Assembly (NCBI GenBank): GCA_031835245.2
Contig: JAVKOQ020000094.1
Span: 1 to 64,000, forward strand
Length of the DNA stretch: 64,000 nucleotides
Source of the DNA: Balamuthia mandrillaris
Taxonomy: Eukaryota
Direction of reading: 5' to 3'
The notes below the pieces were generated by a model. The model was not told the origin of the DNA and searched no databases. It saw only the letters and a program-made list of their open reading frames with translations. This document shows positions 37,136 through 48,228 of this stretch, one piece after another. Position 1 is the stretch's first letter. Every line of letters begins with the position of its first letter. The position numbers were made by a program, and so were the translations under genes.

Positions 37136-38379
37136 ATGGCGTCGATGAAGAAGCCGGATATCGCCCCTAGCGGAGGGGATGAGTATGTCAGACTTATGGC
37201 CGGGGGCAGCCGAACCGAACCTGAGGCCGCCCTGGAAATGACAACCTCCTCTGCCGCCACCACCGTTCGTCATAGCCCACGCGCCCACGGTGAGGAGCTC
37301 GAGTGCAGGAACTGTCATGATACAGAAGGAGACGACTTTATTGCTCCATGGTTTGTCTTTATTTTTTATTATTGCTATGTTCTTGTCGTTTCTCTTGTTT
37401 CTTTCTTCCTTTTCCATCTTGTTCGTTTCATTCTTTGTAAGCGGTTGTTCGCGTGTGTATAGCTGACACGAACTTGGGTAAACGTTTTTGTTTGTTAAGC
37501 CGTTACAGGAAGCATAAAGTGGGTGCACCGCCGCTGCCTAAACGAATGGAGGGCCGTCAGCCCTAACCCGACCAGCTTTTCCCGCTGCGACGTTTGCCAC
37601 CAAGGTTTGCGCAACCTCTTTTGTCATTTATTTTGTTTCTCTCTCTCGGTTTCTTCTCTGTTCCTCTGCTTCTCGCTTCGTTTCTCTCTCTCTCTCTCTC
37701 TCTTCCTCCCTCCTCCTCTCTCTCTCTCTTTGCTCTCTCTCTCTCTCTCGCTGCTTTCGTTTCTCTCTGCTCTCTCACGCTCTCTATTGCTGCTTTGTTC
37801 AATAACAAACAATGCAAACAGACTATCAAATGGAGTTTGTGGGAGAGAGCAAAGGCTGTCCAAAGTGTTACTTTGCCTTCCTGCTGAGCAGAGACTTTCT
37901 CGTCTTCTTCCTGAGCATAAACCTGTTTGCCTTCCTCTGCAGCCTCTTTCTGTGGGGAGTGGACAGAGACAGAGCACGAGACAAAGTCTTCACGGAGTGG
38001 CTCGATTGGGCTAATCCGCCGCCGCTCTTTTTGGACTGGCTCTACGGATGGTTGTTGTTCTTCTTCATCGTTGGCATCTTGAGCATAATGGCTGCCATCA
38101 TGGCTTGGCTCGACTTGTGCTGCTGCACTCCTCCGACCTATAGTACTTATAACTATGGTTTGTATTTGTATTTGTTGTTTTTGTTGTGTTGTTCTTGTTC
38201 CTTCTCTTTGTTCCGAAAGCTGATAATGCATTTTTACAGGTTGGGGAGGTTATTATTGTTGGGTATGTTATGTGCCACCAAGCAATGGTGGCTCCGACTG
38301 CGATTGTGGTGGTTGTTCAGGCTGTGACGGTGACTGTAACGGCAACAACGACGGTTCCATTTTGATTGTTTTGGTAAGA

Positions 38380-38421
<42 letters not shown>

Positions 38422-38651
38422 TGTGTTGTTCGTTTTGGCACTCACTGACTGAGCAACTCAATAACAAGGCGGTGATTGTCATAATAATCATTGTGGTAGG
38501 TCTGATCGTGGCGACGGTGATGGGAGTGATGTTAGGCATTCGCATCGTGAAGAGGCATTGGCATGTTCTCCACGCGAGGAGGGAGGCTGGCTCTTGGCAG
38601 GTCGTGGATCTTGCCTCACCATCATACACTGCTGGTGAAGATATTGTATAA
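37136..38651 (+). CDS. RING-CH (MARCH-type) membrane E3 ligase, frameshift at about 37504
   Basis: CRNC...FIAPC|R.[fs]TGSIKWVHRRCLNEW...CDVC, followed by TM helices and a Cys/Gly/Asp-rich loop. Confidence 0.8.
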
Positions 38652-38784
38652 AGTAAAACTGCTTCTCTCATCTCCTCTCTTTGCTCTTCTCTTTTAGATG
38701 CTGACCAAAAGACTTTCATTAGGGAAACCTAAAGTTCATTGGATAAAATAAGGGGCCACCTTGTGGCTACTGAAGAACGTTTGT

Positions 38785-39460
38785 TCAGTTTTGGTCGACC
38801 CACATAATACCCACAGCACCAATGATGGAATCTCCGCTCTCAAAGTCGATGACCATGTTGAGGGTGATGGTGCCCCTGGCATCCTTGTAAGCACCAAAGC
38901 CTTGGGTTACGTGAAGAACACAACCGGTGGTGTAGTACTTGTCGTCAATGTTCTGCAAGGCATGCTCGGCTTCGTTCTTGAACAACATGGAGTGGTCGTT
39001 GTGTGTCTGGTGAATACCGAAGGTGAGGTTTCCAGTGACAGTCACTAGCTGGTTAGTGCTACCAAGAACCATCTCAAGCTGTTTTAAGGAGATTGAAGAG
39101 AAGAGAGACCGTGTTAGTGAAATAATGCAAAAAAGAAAAAATCAGTAGCACCAACCGTAAGAACAGATACGCTTCCCATGAGGCCCTTGTAATCAAAGTT
39201 CACGGTACCGTTGCCGTTAATCCTTGTGACAAAGGACTGAGATTGGGCCTTGAAGACTCCATCGTAGTAGTTGAGGTGTGTCTGGTCTTCGATGAACTTG
39301 CCAGTGTAGGCCAACACGAAGTCCAACTAGAGAGAGAGAGAGAAAGAGTTTAGTTGATCGGTCTCAATTGTGTGGAAGAGCAACATACCCTTTGGAGTTC
39401 AGCAGAAACCAAGGCGAAAGAGGCCACAGCCAGAAGAGCGAAGAGAGCAAGCTTGTTCAT
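38785..39460 (-). CDS. Secreted protein with predicted beta-rich fold (allene oxide cyclase/dirigent-like motif)
   Basis: Signal peptide MNKLALFALLAVASFALVSA; 3 exons with good splice sites; late motif VTQGFGAYKDARGTITLN. Confidence 0.7.
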
Positions 39461-39899
39461 CTTTGTGTTATGTGTTGGTGGTGAGTTGTGAAGAAAGAAA
39501 AAAAAAAGAATAACACGAACACTTGAGAACATAAATTTTTTGGGACACCTAAAATTACGTGCATAAACAAACCAAGCGCTTTTGACCGAAAGGACAAGGT
39601 ATTTTTTCCAAATGCGGTCCTGTTAGGATTTTCGTTGTCCCATTGATCGGCTTGATCTTGGCGCCATCTTAGTCCTGGTAGGATTTTACTAAGGTCCAAA
39701 ACATGAATAAACTGGATTGTTTCGCCAACGGACAATCTCCTTATTTAGATAATTTTTCCCGAAATAGGATCGGAATTTTAATTATTTAGAATACGTTTGG
39801 AACGCGAAAAATGCATCACATGTACACAACCGGTGCACAATCTTTGCGCACGTGTAACGTCTCCAAAACAAAAAATAAATCATAAATAAAAAAAAAGAG

Positions 39900-40860
39900 A
39901 TGTTGAGCGATAGTGGAAGCGGTGTGGTGCGTCAAAGCCGGCAACGTCTTGAGGCTGCTCTCAAAGATGGTACCGCCAGAGGTGCCCTCCTTGTTAAAAG
40001 TATTCCTTCTCCTTCTTCTTTTTTTTTTGGAGAAGGAATAAACCGATTAACGGGAAACAAACAATGATGCATAGTGATCAAAGGAGAAGGTCTGACGGCG
40101 GCTGATGTGGGAGGGACGAGCGACCCGTACGCCCTCGTGGGGCTTTATAAAGAGCAGCTGTGGGCAGACCGGCATAAGCCCTTGAAGGACTTGAGCAAGA
40201 AGACGGCCGTCAAGACCAAAATCATCAAGAAGACGTTGGATCCTGTTTGGGACCAAGTTCTTGAAATGTACTTTTCTTCTTTTTCTTTTGTCGTGTTTTT
40301 AGTTTCGTCTCTCTCTCTCTCCACCTCTCCTCTTGTCCTCTTTCTTGCATCCAAGAAGCTGGCTGATGTTTTGTTTGGTGGAATGCTGTTATCATCATCC
40401 CATTCACACAACACAAGTCCTATCACGCAAAAGAGTTTAAAGAACAAATGCGGTATTCGTGTACAGATATGGGACTGGGATAGAGCCTCTGGTTTGCCAT
40501 TCGCTTCTCTCCTCTTGCTCTCTTTTCCTTTCCTCTGCTCTCCTTTTAATCTCTTCTTGTTCTTCTTCTTCTTCTTCTTCTTCTTCTTCTTCTTCTTCTT
40601 CTTCTTCTTCTTCTTCTTCTTCTTCTTCTTCTTCATTCTCAACGCATGCATTATCTCAAACAGGGGATGACTTTCTGGGAGAAACAGCGTTTCTCTGGAG
40701 CGAGGTGGTGGCCAACATGGACACGAGCACGCCAGGCAGCTTCGCAGCAGCGCCCCTCACCAGGGAGCTGCAACCGCGCAACGCCGTCAAGAAGAAGGAC
40801 GACCTCAAGGTGCAGGGCAGCGTGCAGCTTGCCTTTGCTTGGCGCCCCGATGAGCATTGA
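39900..40860 (+). CDS. Stand-alone C2-domain protein (Ca2+-binding Asp residues retained)
   Basis: IKGEGLTAADVGGTSDPY, KTKIIKKTLDPVW, VQIWDWDRAS|GDDFLG, GSVQL. Confidence 0.88.
40560..40634. repeat. (TTC)n microsatellite, about 25 units, intronic
   Basis: Directly visible. Confidence 0.95.
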
Positions 40861-40942
40861 TACTCTTTCTTGGTGTTGTTATACTGTACCGCTCTTTAGG
40901 GAGCTATATTGTTCTTGTAAAACTCAAAAAAGAAAAAGAAAG

Positions 40943-42695
40943 ATGGACCAAGGTAATGCCTCCTCTCAGGAAGAGCTCGCCGAAGGAGAAGAAGCAACAA
41001 CAGGGGCGTGGGAAGACCTACAAACAGCGCTTCGCCTGCAAGGAGGTATCCTCTTCTTGGCTCCCGCTTTCGTAGGTCGGGAGAGGTTCGCTGCTCCTCG
41101 CCTTACTTTTTTTTTTGGCTCTAGAGCTCCCTCATCTTCATCTTTTCTTCTTCTGTTTTTAGCTATTGTGGCCGTGATGTGATCGCACCCAACAGCGACC
41201 GAAGCAAGCACGGGGACGAAAGAGGGTACGTGCCGGTGGAGCGCTGGGTGGCCTCCGCCACCAAAGCCTGCAACCAACTTCCAAAGCCCGACGAAGGTCT
41301 CTCCTCCTTGTTGCTCCCCAGCGGCCGCTCCATGTTGCTCTCCTCCGCCATCTCTTTGGAAGAGAGCAAGAGGAGAGGAGACGGAGGAGGAGGAGTTCTA
41401 TTTGGAGGTTATACCTCTCGATGGCCGTTGATAAAGGTATTGGATATCGGAGGGAAGCCCGTTTGTCCTTCTTTCGCCTCTGCCACAGAGAAGAGTGGAG
41501 AACAAGAGGGGAAGAAGATGGAAGTCCCTCCGATTCCTGTGCATGTGCATGCTGGCACGTACGACCCGAAGGAGGGTCGTTTGGTGGGTCCCGGGAAGTT
41601 GGAGGCCTACTTCTTCCCACCAGTGAAGAGCGTGCCGCCTTACTGCCATCGCTTCGAGGAGAAGAAGGAGGATTGGGGCCGGGTGGTATCGCGGTTGGGC
41701 CTGGTGGAAGGCACCACCAAGGAGCAGTTGGTGGCGGCCGTTGGCCGGTTCGCCCTGGATGACTCGCTCTATGCTCTCTGTAACGAATATGAGATCAAAG
41801 GTTTGCGTTTTGTTCGTGTTCTCTCTCTCTCTCTCTCTCTTCTCTCTTCTCTCTCTCTCTCTGTGCTTTCAGTTCTAAGCATCGCCCCATGGGGGGGGAA
41901 GCAGAATACGAGGGATGGATCATTCGACCGAAAGTATTGCACTCACCAGGGCCCTATCCCACCATCGAAATGCAACTTCCTCAAGGTTCTTCTTCTCTTC
42001 TTTTCTCTTTCTTCTTCGCATCAACTAAACTCTCTCCACGCGAAGACGACTTTAACTTTTTGGGATGGGAGTTGGGCTGCCCTATATGCCACACTCACAG
42101 TGAGGAGGAGGATGGCCAAGAGGTCGACGAGGAGAGCAAAAGGCGATGGCAAGAGGCCAGAGAAAACCTGCTGCTGAGGGGAATGAAGGACGAGAGGCAA
42201 GTGGTCGAACTGGCGGTCGATTGGGAGCGCTGCACAGACCCCCACTTTGAGCAGACCAACAAAAGGAAGAGCCGGCTCCTTCAAAGCGGGGCTTGGGGCA
42301 GACTCTTGCGCATCTTCTTTGATGAGTTCGATGGTTTGTCTCCTTCATTTGCGTTCACGACCATCTTGGCTATAACGTGTTTGTTTGTGTGGTGCTCTCT
42401 TTAAAAAATAGGAGAAGTTGTGGAGCTGAACGCAGGGGCAAGCTTTACTCATCACCATCACCATCATCGTCGTTGTGATGACGAAGGAGAAAGAAGCGAG
42501 CAGCAACCGTGTGCAGGTTTGGTGTGGAGCGGGCGAGGCACCGTCAATGGACATGCTGTGGACGCGATGGAGGCCACCAGGCAAGAGTTTGTGGTGAGCA
42601 TGCAGGTGGAGGCCTTGCACGTCGTCGATACTTCCACGACGCAGCCGCTTATTCTCTTCTTGTTCTTTCCCTTCCAATTGAGCGATGAATTGTAA
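40943..42695 (+). CDS. Cupin, phosphomannose-isomerase type I-like, bacterial-style family
   Basis: Spliced GILFLAPAFVGR, ERWVAS, DEGLS, WPLIKVLDIG, PVHVH, GKLEAYFFPP, GLVEGTTKEQ and GW..PKVLHSPG..TIEMQ. The metal-ligand order is HxH...E...H. Confidence 0.7.
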
Positions 42696-43008
42696 GCTCC
42701 GTGCTTTACTTTCCTATTCCATGCCCACTATGCGCATTCTTGTTGAGTGCAACAAAAGAAAAAAAAGACAGTGTAAGCGAGGCGAATGCAAATGATAAAA
42801 CACAACTAAGAAAGGAGAGAAAGAAAAGGAGAGACTAAAGACTCAGACAGTACGAATATTTTAAAATATAATCATGGAAGTCATTTCCACTTTGTGGAGT
42901 AGACTCAAAAGAAGTTTTTGTCATCACTTTCAACAACCAACAGCACATACACACTCAAGAGGCAAAAAAGACCGAAGGTTTTACCTGAGGCACAGAGACG
43001 AACGACCA

Positions 43009-43983
43009 TTACATGTTGCCTTTGCGCTCCCATCGATGCTTTGAATCAAAACTGTGTTTTTTGCAAAAAATTTCTTAAGATGCCGAAAAGAAGACAAGAC
43101 AAAGAAGGCGAATAGTACCTCCATATCAATTTCGCTTTTTTCTTCCTTCTAGCTTCCAACTTTGCCTCTTCTGCTTTGATGTGCTCGGCATAGTCTTTTC
43201 GCTCTTTAGCCTCTTTAATCTGGGCTCGCACCTGCTCCTTGCACAGCTGAGTGCTCAACTTGTCCGCATAATCAAAGTCACCTTCCTGGATGGCACGATC
43301 GATGCGCTGCTCCAGCTTGGTGCGAGGAGCAAGGCGCCCCGGAGGAAGAGTTTGCAGAGCAGGGATCTCGAGAAAGGGGCCAAGGTCTTCCAAGGAGCGC
43401 GGTTGGCTGTCCGCAGAGTGTTCAGCTTTACGCTTTCGAGGGGCAGAGCTTGCCGTCTCCAAGTTGACCAGTTTTCGCTCTTCAGGATCTTGAACTTCTT
43501 TGCTCACTGCGTGTGCAAAAAGTACAGAAAAAAAATGTTAAGAAATATGGAAAAAAACACAAAAATGAACACAAAGGAAAAGTGAAGTATCAGACAAATA
43601 GCATCAATGTATCACCAAATATTTTGGTCTGTTCAGGTCTCCAATTGATGTTTCCTCATCATTTAAACTCGCATCCACGAGAGAAAGGAATACACGCAGA
43701 CACAAAAAACAAAAAAACTACCTTTGGAGAGGGCTTTGGCTTTGAGCCGAGCGACTCTCTTTTGCTCCGTGCGCTGGTCGCAGCGAGCAATGGCATCCCG
43801 TTTGTCACGCAGTGCCAAAAGGCGCTGCCGTCTCTCCTCTGTTTTGGAGGACGGCGGAAGGGAGGCAGGACAAGAGACCTCGCTCTCCCCTTTGGATGGT
43901 GGTGGCGGCGAAACCGCGCGGTACGATGGTTCGTCCGCAGTGTGTGCGGAAACTTTGCTTGCACGATCAAGTAGTGGTTCCAT
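43009..43983 (-). CDS. FAM204A: FAM204A-like protein
   Basis: KLEQRIDRAI..GDFDYADKLSTQL...RKKKAKLIW|SFDSKHRWERKGNM-stop, the characteristic FAM204A C-terminus. Confidence 0.8.
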
Positions 43984-44270
43984 ACATCCTCTTGTCCGCA
44001 GCGACAGGCTTCGTGTGTGTGTTTGTAAACGAAAAACAAAAGAAATAGAAAAAAACAAAAATAAACGAAACCACTATGCTTGAGGGGTAATCTGTTAAGA
44101 TTTTGAAACTCCGGACACACTCCTACTGGTTGTTCGAAGCGAAATTTCGATAGACGTATCGAGAGAAGGATCCTGCGTCATCCCCGTTTTTATCTTTTCC
44201 TTTCCATTTTTTTGGTTCCTCAGTACTCCAGCAGAAGCCGCCCGACGGACAGAGAGAGGACCTTGCTAAC

Positions 44271-45264
44271 ATGGGTCGCGTTATCAGATGTGAGTAACCA
44301 CCACTTTGTTTCGTCAACTTGAGAGCAGTTGAGCTCTGCGCATTCAAAGACCCGCTTTTTCTCTTCTCTTCTCTTCTCTTCCCTTACCCGTTTCTCTTGC
44401 CTCTTGTTTCTTTTCTTAGCACAAAGGAAGGGTGCCGGAAGCGTTTTCCGCAGCCACACCACCAACCGTGTTGGTGCTGCCAAGCACCGTCCCTTGGACT
44501 TTGCCGAGCGCAAGGGTTACATCAAGGGTGTTGTGAGAGACATCGTCCATGACTCTGGCCGTGGTGCTCCTTTGGCCCGAGTTCACTTCAGGAACCCCTA
44601 CAAATACAAGGTTGATAAGGAGCTTTTCATCGCTGCCGAGGGAATGTATTCTGGCCAGTTCGTGTACTGCGGAAAGAAGGGTACGCTTAAAACCTCACCC
44701 CACACATCTGGTTTTTCGGCCGTTGTGCTGCCCTTTCTTTATATTTTCTCTGAACTTAGCATTTTTCAACCTGTAGCTAAGCTTGCTATCGGAAACGTTC
44801 TCCCCCTGAGCGAAATGCCCGAGGGTACCTACTTGTGCAACGTGGAGAACAAGGTCGGAGACCGTGGCACTTATGCCCGTACCTCTGGCAACTATGCCAC
44901 CCTCATCTCTCACAACCCCGATACCGGCAAGTCCAGGATCAAGCTCCCTTCCGGCAAGAAGAAGACCCTTCCCTCCAGCACTCGCGCCATGGTGGGCATT
45001 GTTGCTGGTGGTGGTAGGATTGAGAAGCCAGTGCTCAAGGCTGGTAACTCCTACCACAAGTACAAGGCTAAGAGGAACGCTTGGCCTCGCGTGCGTGGTG
45101 TGGCCATGAACCCTGTTGACCATCCTCACGGAGGTGGTAACCACCAGCACATTGGTCACGCTTCCACTGTAAGGAGGGATGCTCCCCCTGGTCAGAAGGT
45201 TGGTCTCATCGCTGCCAGACGTACTGGTCGTCTCAGCGGAGGCAAGAAGAAGACCGAAGAATAA
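44271..45264 (+). CDS. RPL8: 60S ribosomal protein L8 (uL2)
   Basis: [49 protein letters not shown]; two introns. Confidence 0.98.
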
Positions 45265-45738
45265 ACATCGACCCACCTCTCTCGTCATTACAAACCTTGT
45301 TTCTCTTTTCTCCCCTCCTCCCCCTGTGGTGCTCCCCTTCTTCGTGCGTTGCTGCCAGGATGAACCCTCGAGCAGAAAGGTTGAGGGGTAGTTCTGCTGA
45401 GGGGTCCTTTACAGAACCCTCAACAAACCTACCGGAAAAATAAGAGAAAGGGGGGAGGCCTCCTGCTGGCTGCTGCAGCCCGCCTCACAAAAACAACACC
45501 AAAGGAGGAGGAGGAGTCACAGGAAGAACCAACCACAACCAAGAAAAGAACAGAGGGGCCACCGTTTGACTCCTTTTGTGGCCGCCGTTAGAAACTTGAA
45601 GAAGAGAGATCCATTGAAGAACGCTGTATTGAGGGTTTGTCTCTGGAGATGGAAAAAGAGGGGTCCCCTCTACTTTTATTGTTATTCGTGTGTTCTCACT
45701 TTGGATTGTTGACGCAGTGATCATAGCCTCAACCATTC

Positions 45739-46526
45739 ATGCAAGAAGAAACCGTAGTACTGGCGGAAGGAGGTAGCTCCACTGCGGCCGCCCTATCTGG
45801 TGAAGTGTTGGGCTTGGCCACCACTGAAGGAACGGTGCACGTCGATGACCCTTTGACCATGCTCAACATCGAAGAGGAAGAAACCAAACCACACAACAAG
45901 AAGAAGCGAGGACGTAAACCAAAATCAGGGGAGAACGGAGAGAAGAAAAGAAGACGACAAGGTGAAGCTCCCTCCTCCTCTTCGCAAGCACAGGGACAAG
46001 GCTTTGTCGACTCACACTTATTTGGACCAGGCATGACCTCTGCCCAGGAGGCTATACATGGAGAGGGCATGTCCTTGTTGGAAGGAATAAGCATGGAGGG
46101 TACTGTCTCTGCTGAACTCGCTGCAACGATTAGCATGGGCTCCTCTTCTTCCTCTTCGACAAGCACTGCTGATAGCACCGCCGCTAATGGCTCTGCAGCG
46201 GGAGAGCAAACCACTGCCGCTACTGCTACCATCTCCAACGCTACCACTGAGAACGGTGGTGGGGCTTCAGAGGCCGCTGAAGGAACAACCACTAGGACGA
46301 CGAGACAAAGAGGGAGACGAAGGAAGGGAGTCACAAGAAAGCCGGCAGACCAAACTCAACAGGCGCAGGGTGAGGGAGAGTTGGCAGAGCAGGGTGGTGA
46401 AGGTGCATCGGGCAGGTCCACCCGAGAAGATACTTGGAGGCATTCAACGCTGGTTTCTCCGAAGAAAGGAAAGTTCACACTCAGAGAAAACGAGTTGCTT
46501 TTAAATTCTATTCGGTCCTTTTGCGC

Positions 46527-46574
<48 letters not shown>

Positions 46575-48139
46575 GCCACTCTATCCTATCTGTTTGATTA
46601 ACTATTCATGGTTAACAAAATGCTAGGCTGTTGGGCTGGGCATCGAACCTGACGATGTCGCCAAATTCGTATCTCTAGATAGCTATCGCGAATATCGTGG
46701 CTGTTGGAAGGAAATAGGTTCATTTTCGTTTTTCGTTTTCTTTTTATATCCCTTTCGCTCAAAACTCCGTTGTTAATGTTGCACCAACCATTAGCCAAAG
46801 CTTTACCGGATCGCTCAGTGCAGTCATGCTACGACCACGCAAGGCGTACTTTCAATCGCCATGTCAACACTGGACCATATACCGAAGAGGAAGAAAACAC
46901 ATTAAAACGGCTACTGGAGGAGCATGGTCACAACTATGCGGAAATAGCAAGAGAAATGGGAAGAGATCGTATCAGCATCCGCGATAAAGTTCGTAACCTG
47001 AAAAGTATCGGCTCAGAGAAACAACACGGAGGCAGATGGGATCCATGGGAGGTACGCTTTTTGTTTTTGTTTTTCTAACCTCATTCTTTACAATTTCTCA
47101 TCCATACTTGTTTCTACCCATTAAAAACGCCAATAGACCGAAAAGTTAAAAGCTTTGGTGCAGGAGGCAATGGGTGATGAGCCATTAGAGCAAGTGCCAA
47201 TGGGAGGCGACTTTTGGGTAGAGATTGCAAAGAAGCTGGGCACTAGGAACTTCAATCAGTGCCGGAGCCATTGGAACACACAAGTCAGCCCTCTGTTGGC
47301 CAAAGAAGAGTGGACTCCACTAGATGACTGGGAGTTGCTTCAATCGTACGTTAAGAACGATTCTTATATAGGCTGATTGACTGACACCTTTCTCCTTCTT
47401 CTAAAGACTTGTCAAATGTGGCTACGAAGTAAAGCAAGATATTGTTTGGTCCGAAGTCGCGCAAGGGCTAAAATGGACGGCACATCAATGCTACGCTCGT
47501 TGGCATCGTTTGGTAAAGATGAAGCTACCAGATCTCAGCCCCACTATGGCGTTCGATGAAACCCTGGACAAAATGGCAGAAGCCTTGGAACCAGAGAAGA
47601 AAGAATATGAAGAAGCATTGCAACGAGCGGAGGAGCGAAAAGAAAGAAGAGCACGAGGAGAACTCGTTAGTGATAGCGATGGGGAAAGTGAGCTTGCAGC
47701 ACTGAAGAAGAGGAAAAGACAGCGGCGTAGGAGAAAGAGAGCTGGACTACCAAATGAAGGAGAGACAGAGCAGGTCACTCAGACTGTAGATATATCATTA
47801 CCAATGCATCACCAACAGCAACCACAACAGCACGAGGTATCCCTAGTAGCACCACCAATCGGTGAAGGCATAGAGGGTGCTCCTGGTGGCTTGACCGCTG
47901 AGCAGATGCCAACACTGGTAATGCCACCCACCCATCCCCCTGAACCGGTCAACATCACGTTGGAGGACCATCACCACCACCACCATCACCATCATCATCA
48001 CCCTTCGTTGATAAAACATGACGACTTACCGCCAGAGCTATCACAGAGCTCGCTAGTGGCTCACCAGGAAGCCCTTGCCTCCCAGCCTACCCTCTCCGCC
48101 TTTCCTCCTCTCCACGCTGGTGATGAACTCCTTCACTAA
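45739..48139 (+). CDS. Multi-Myb transcription factor, DMTF1/TTF-I/Reb1-like, with C-terminal poly-His
   Basis: GKFT..E, WKEI|AKALPDRSVQSCYDHARR, GPYTEEEE..L..L...HG.NYAEIAREMGR...IRDK, GRW..E, WVEIAKKLGTRNFNQCRSHW, W...DD..LL. Confidence 0.85.
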
Positions 48140-48228
48140 ACATGTGTTGCACTCTCGTTTTCCAGGGCTCTCCCCTTTCTTAGGAGCTCTTAAAAGACTT
48201 CTTTTAAAAACAATACAACACTACATTG

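Noticed and set aside
39900..40860. C2 protein as a synaptotagmin partner clustered with the complexin-like gene
   Set aside because: It has a single C2 domain and no TM anchor, and lies 30 kb away among unrelated genes, so there is no evidence of functional linkage.
44290..44780. Intronic snoRNAs in RPL8
   Set aside because: No clear C/D (RTGATGA/CTGA) pair or H/ACA architecture was seen.
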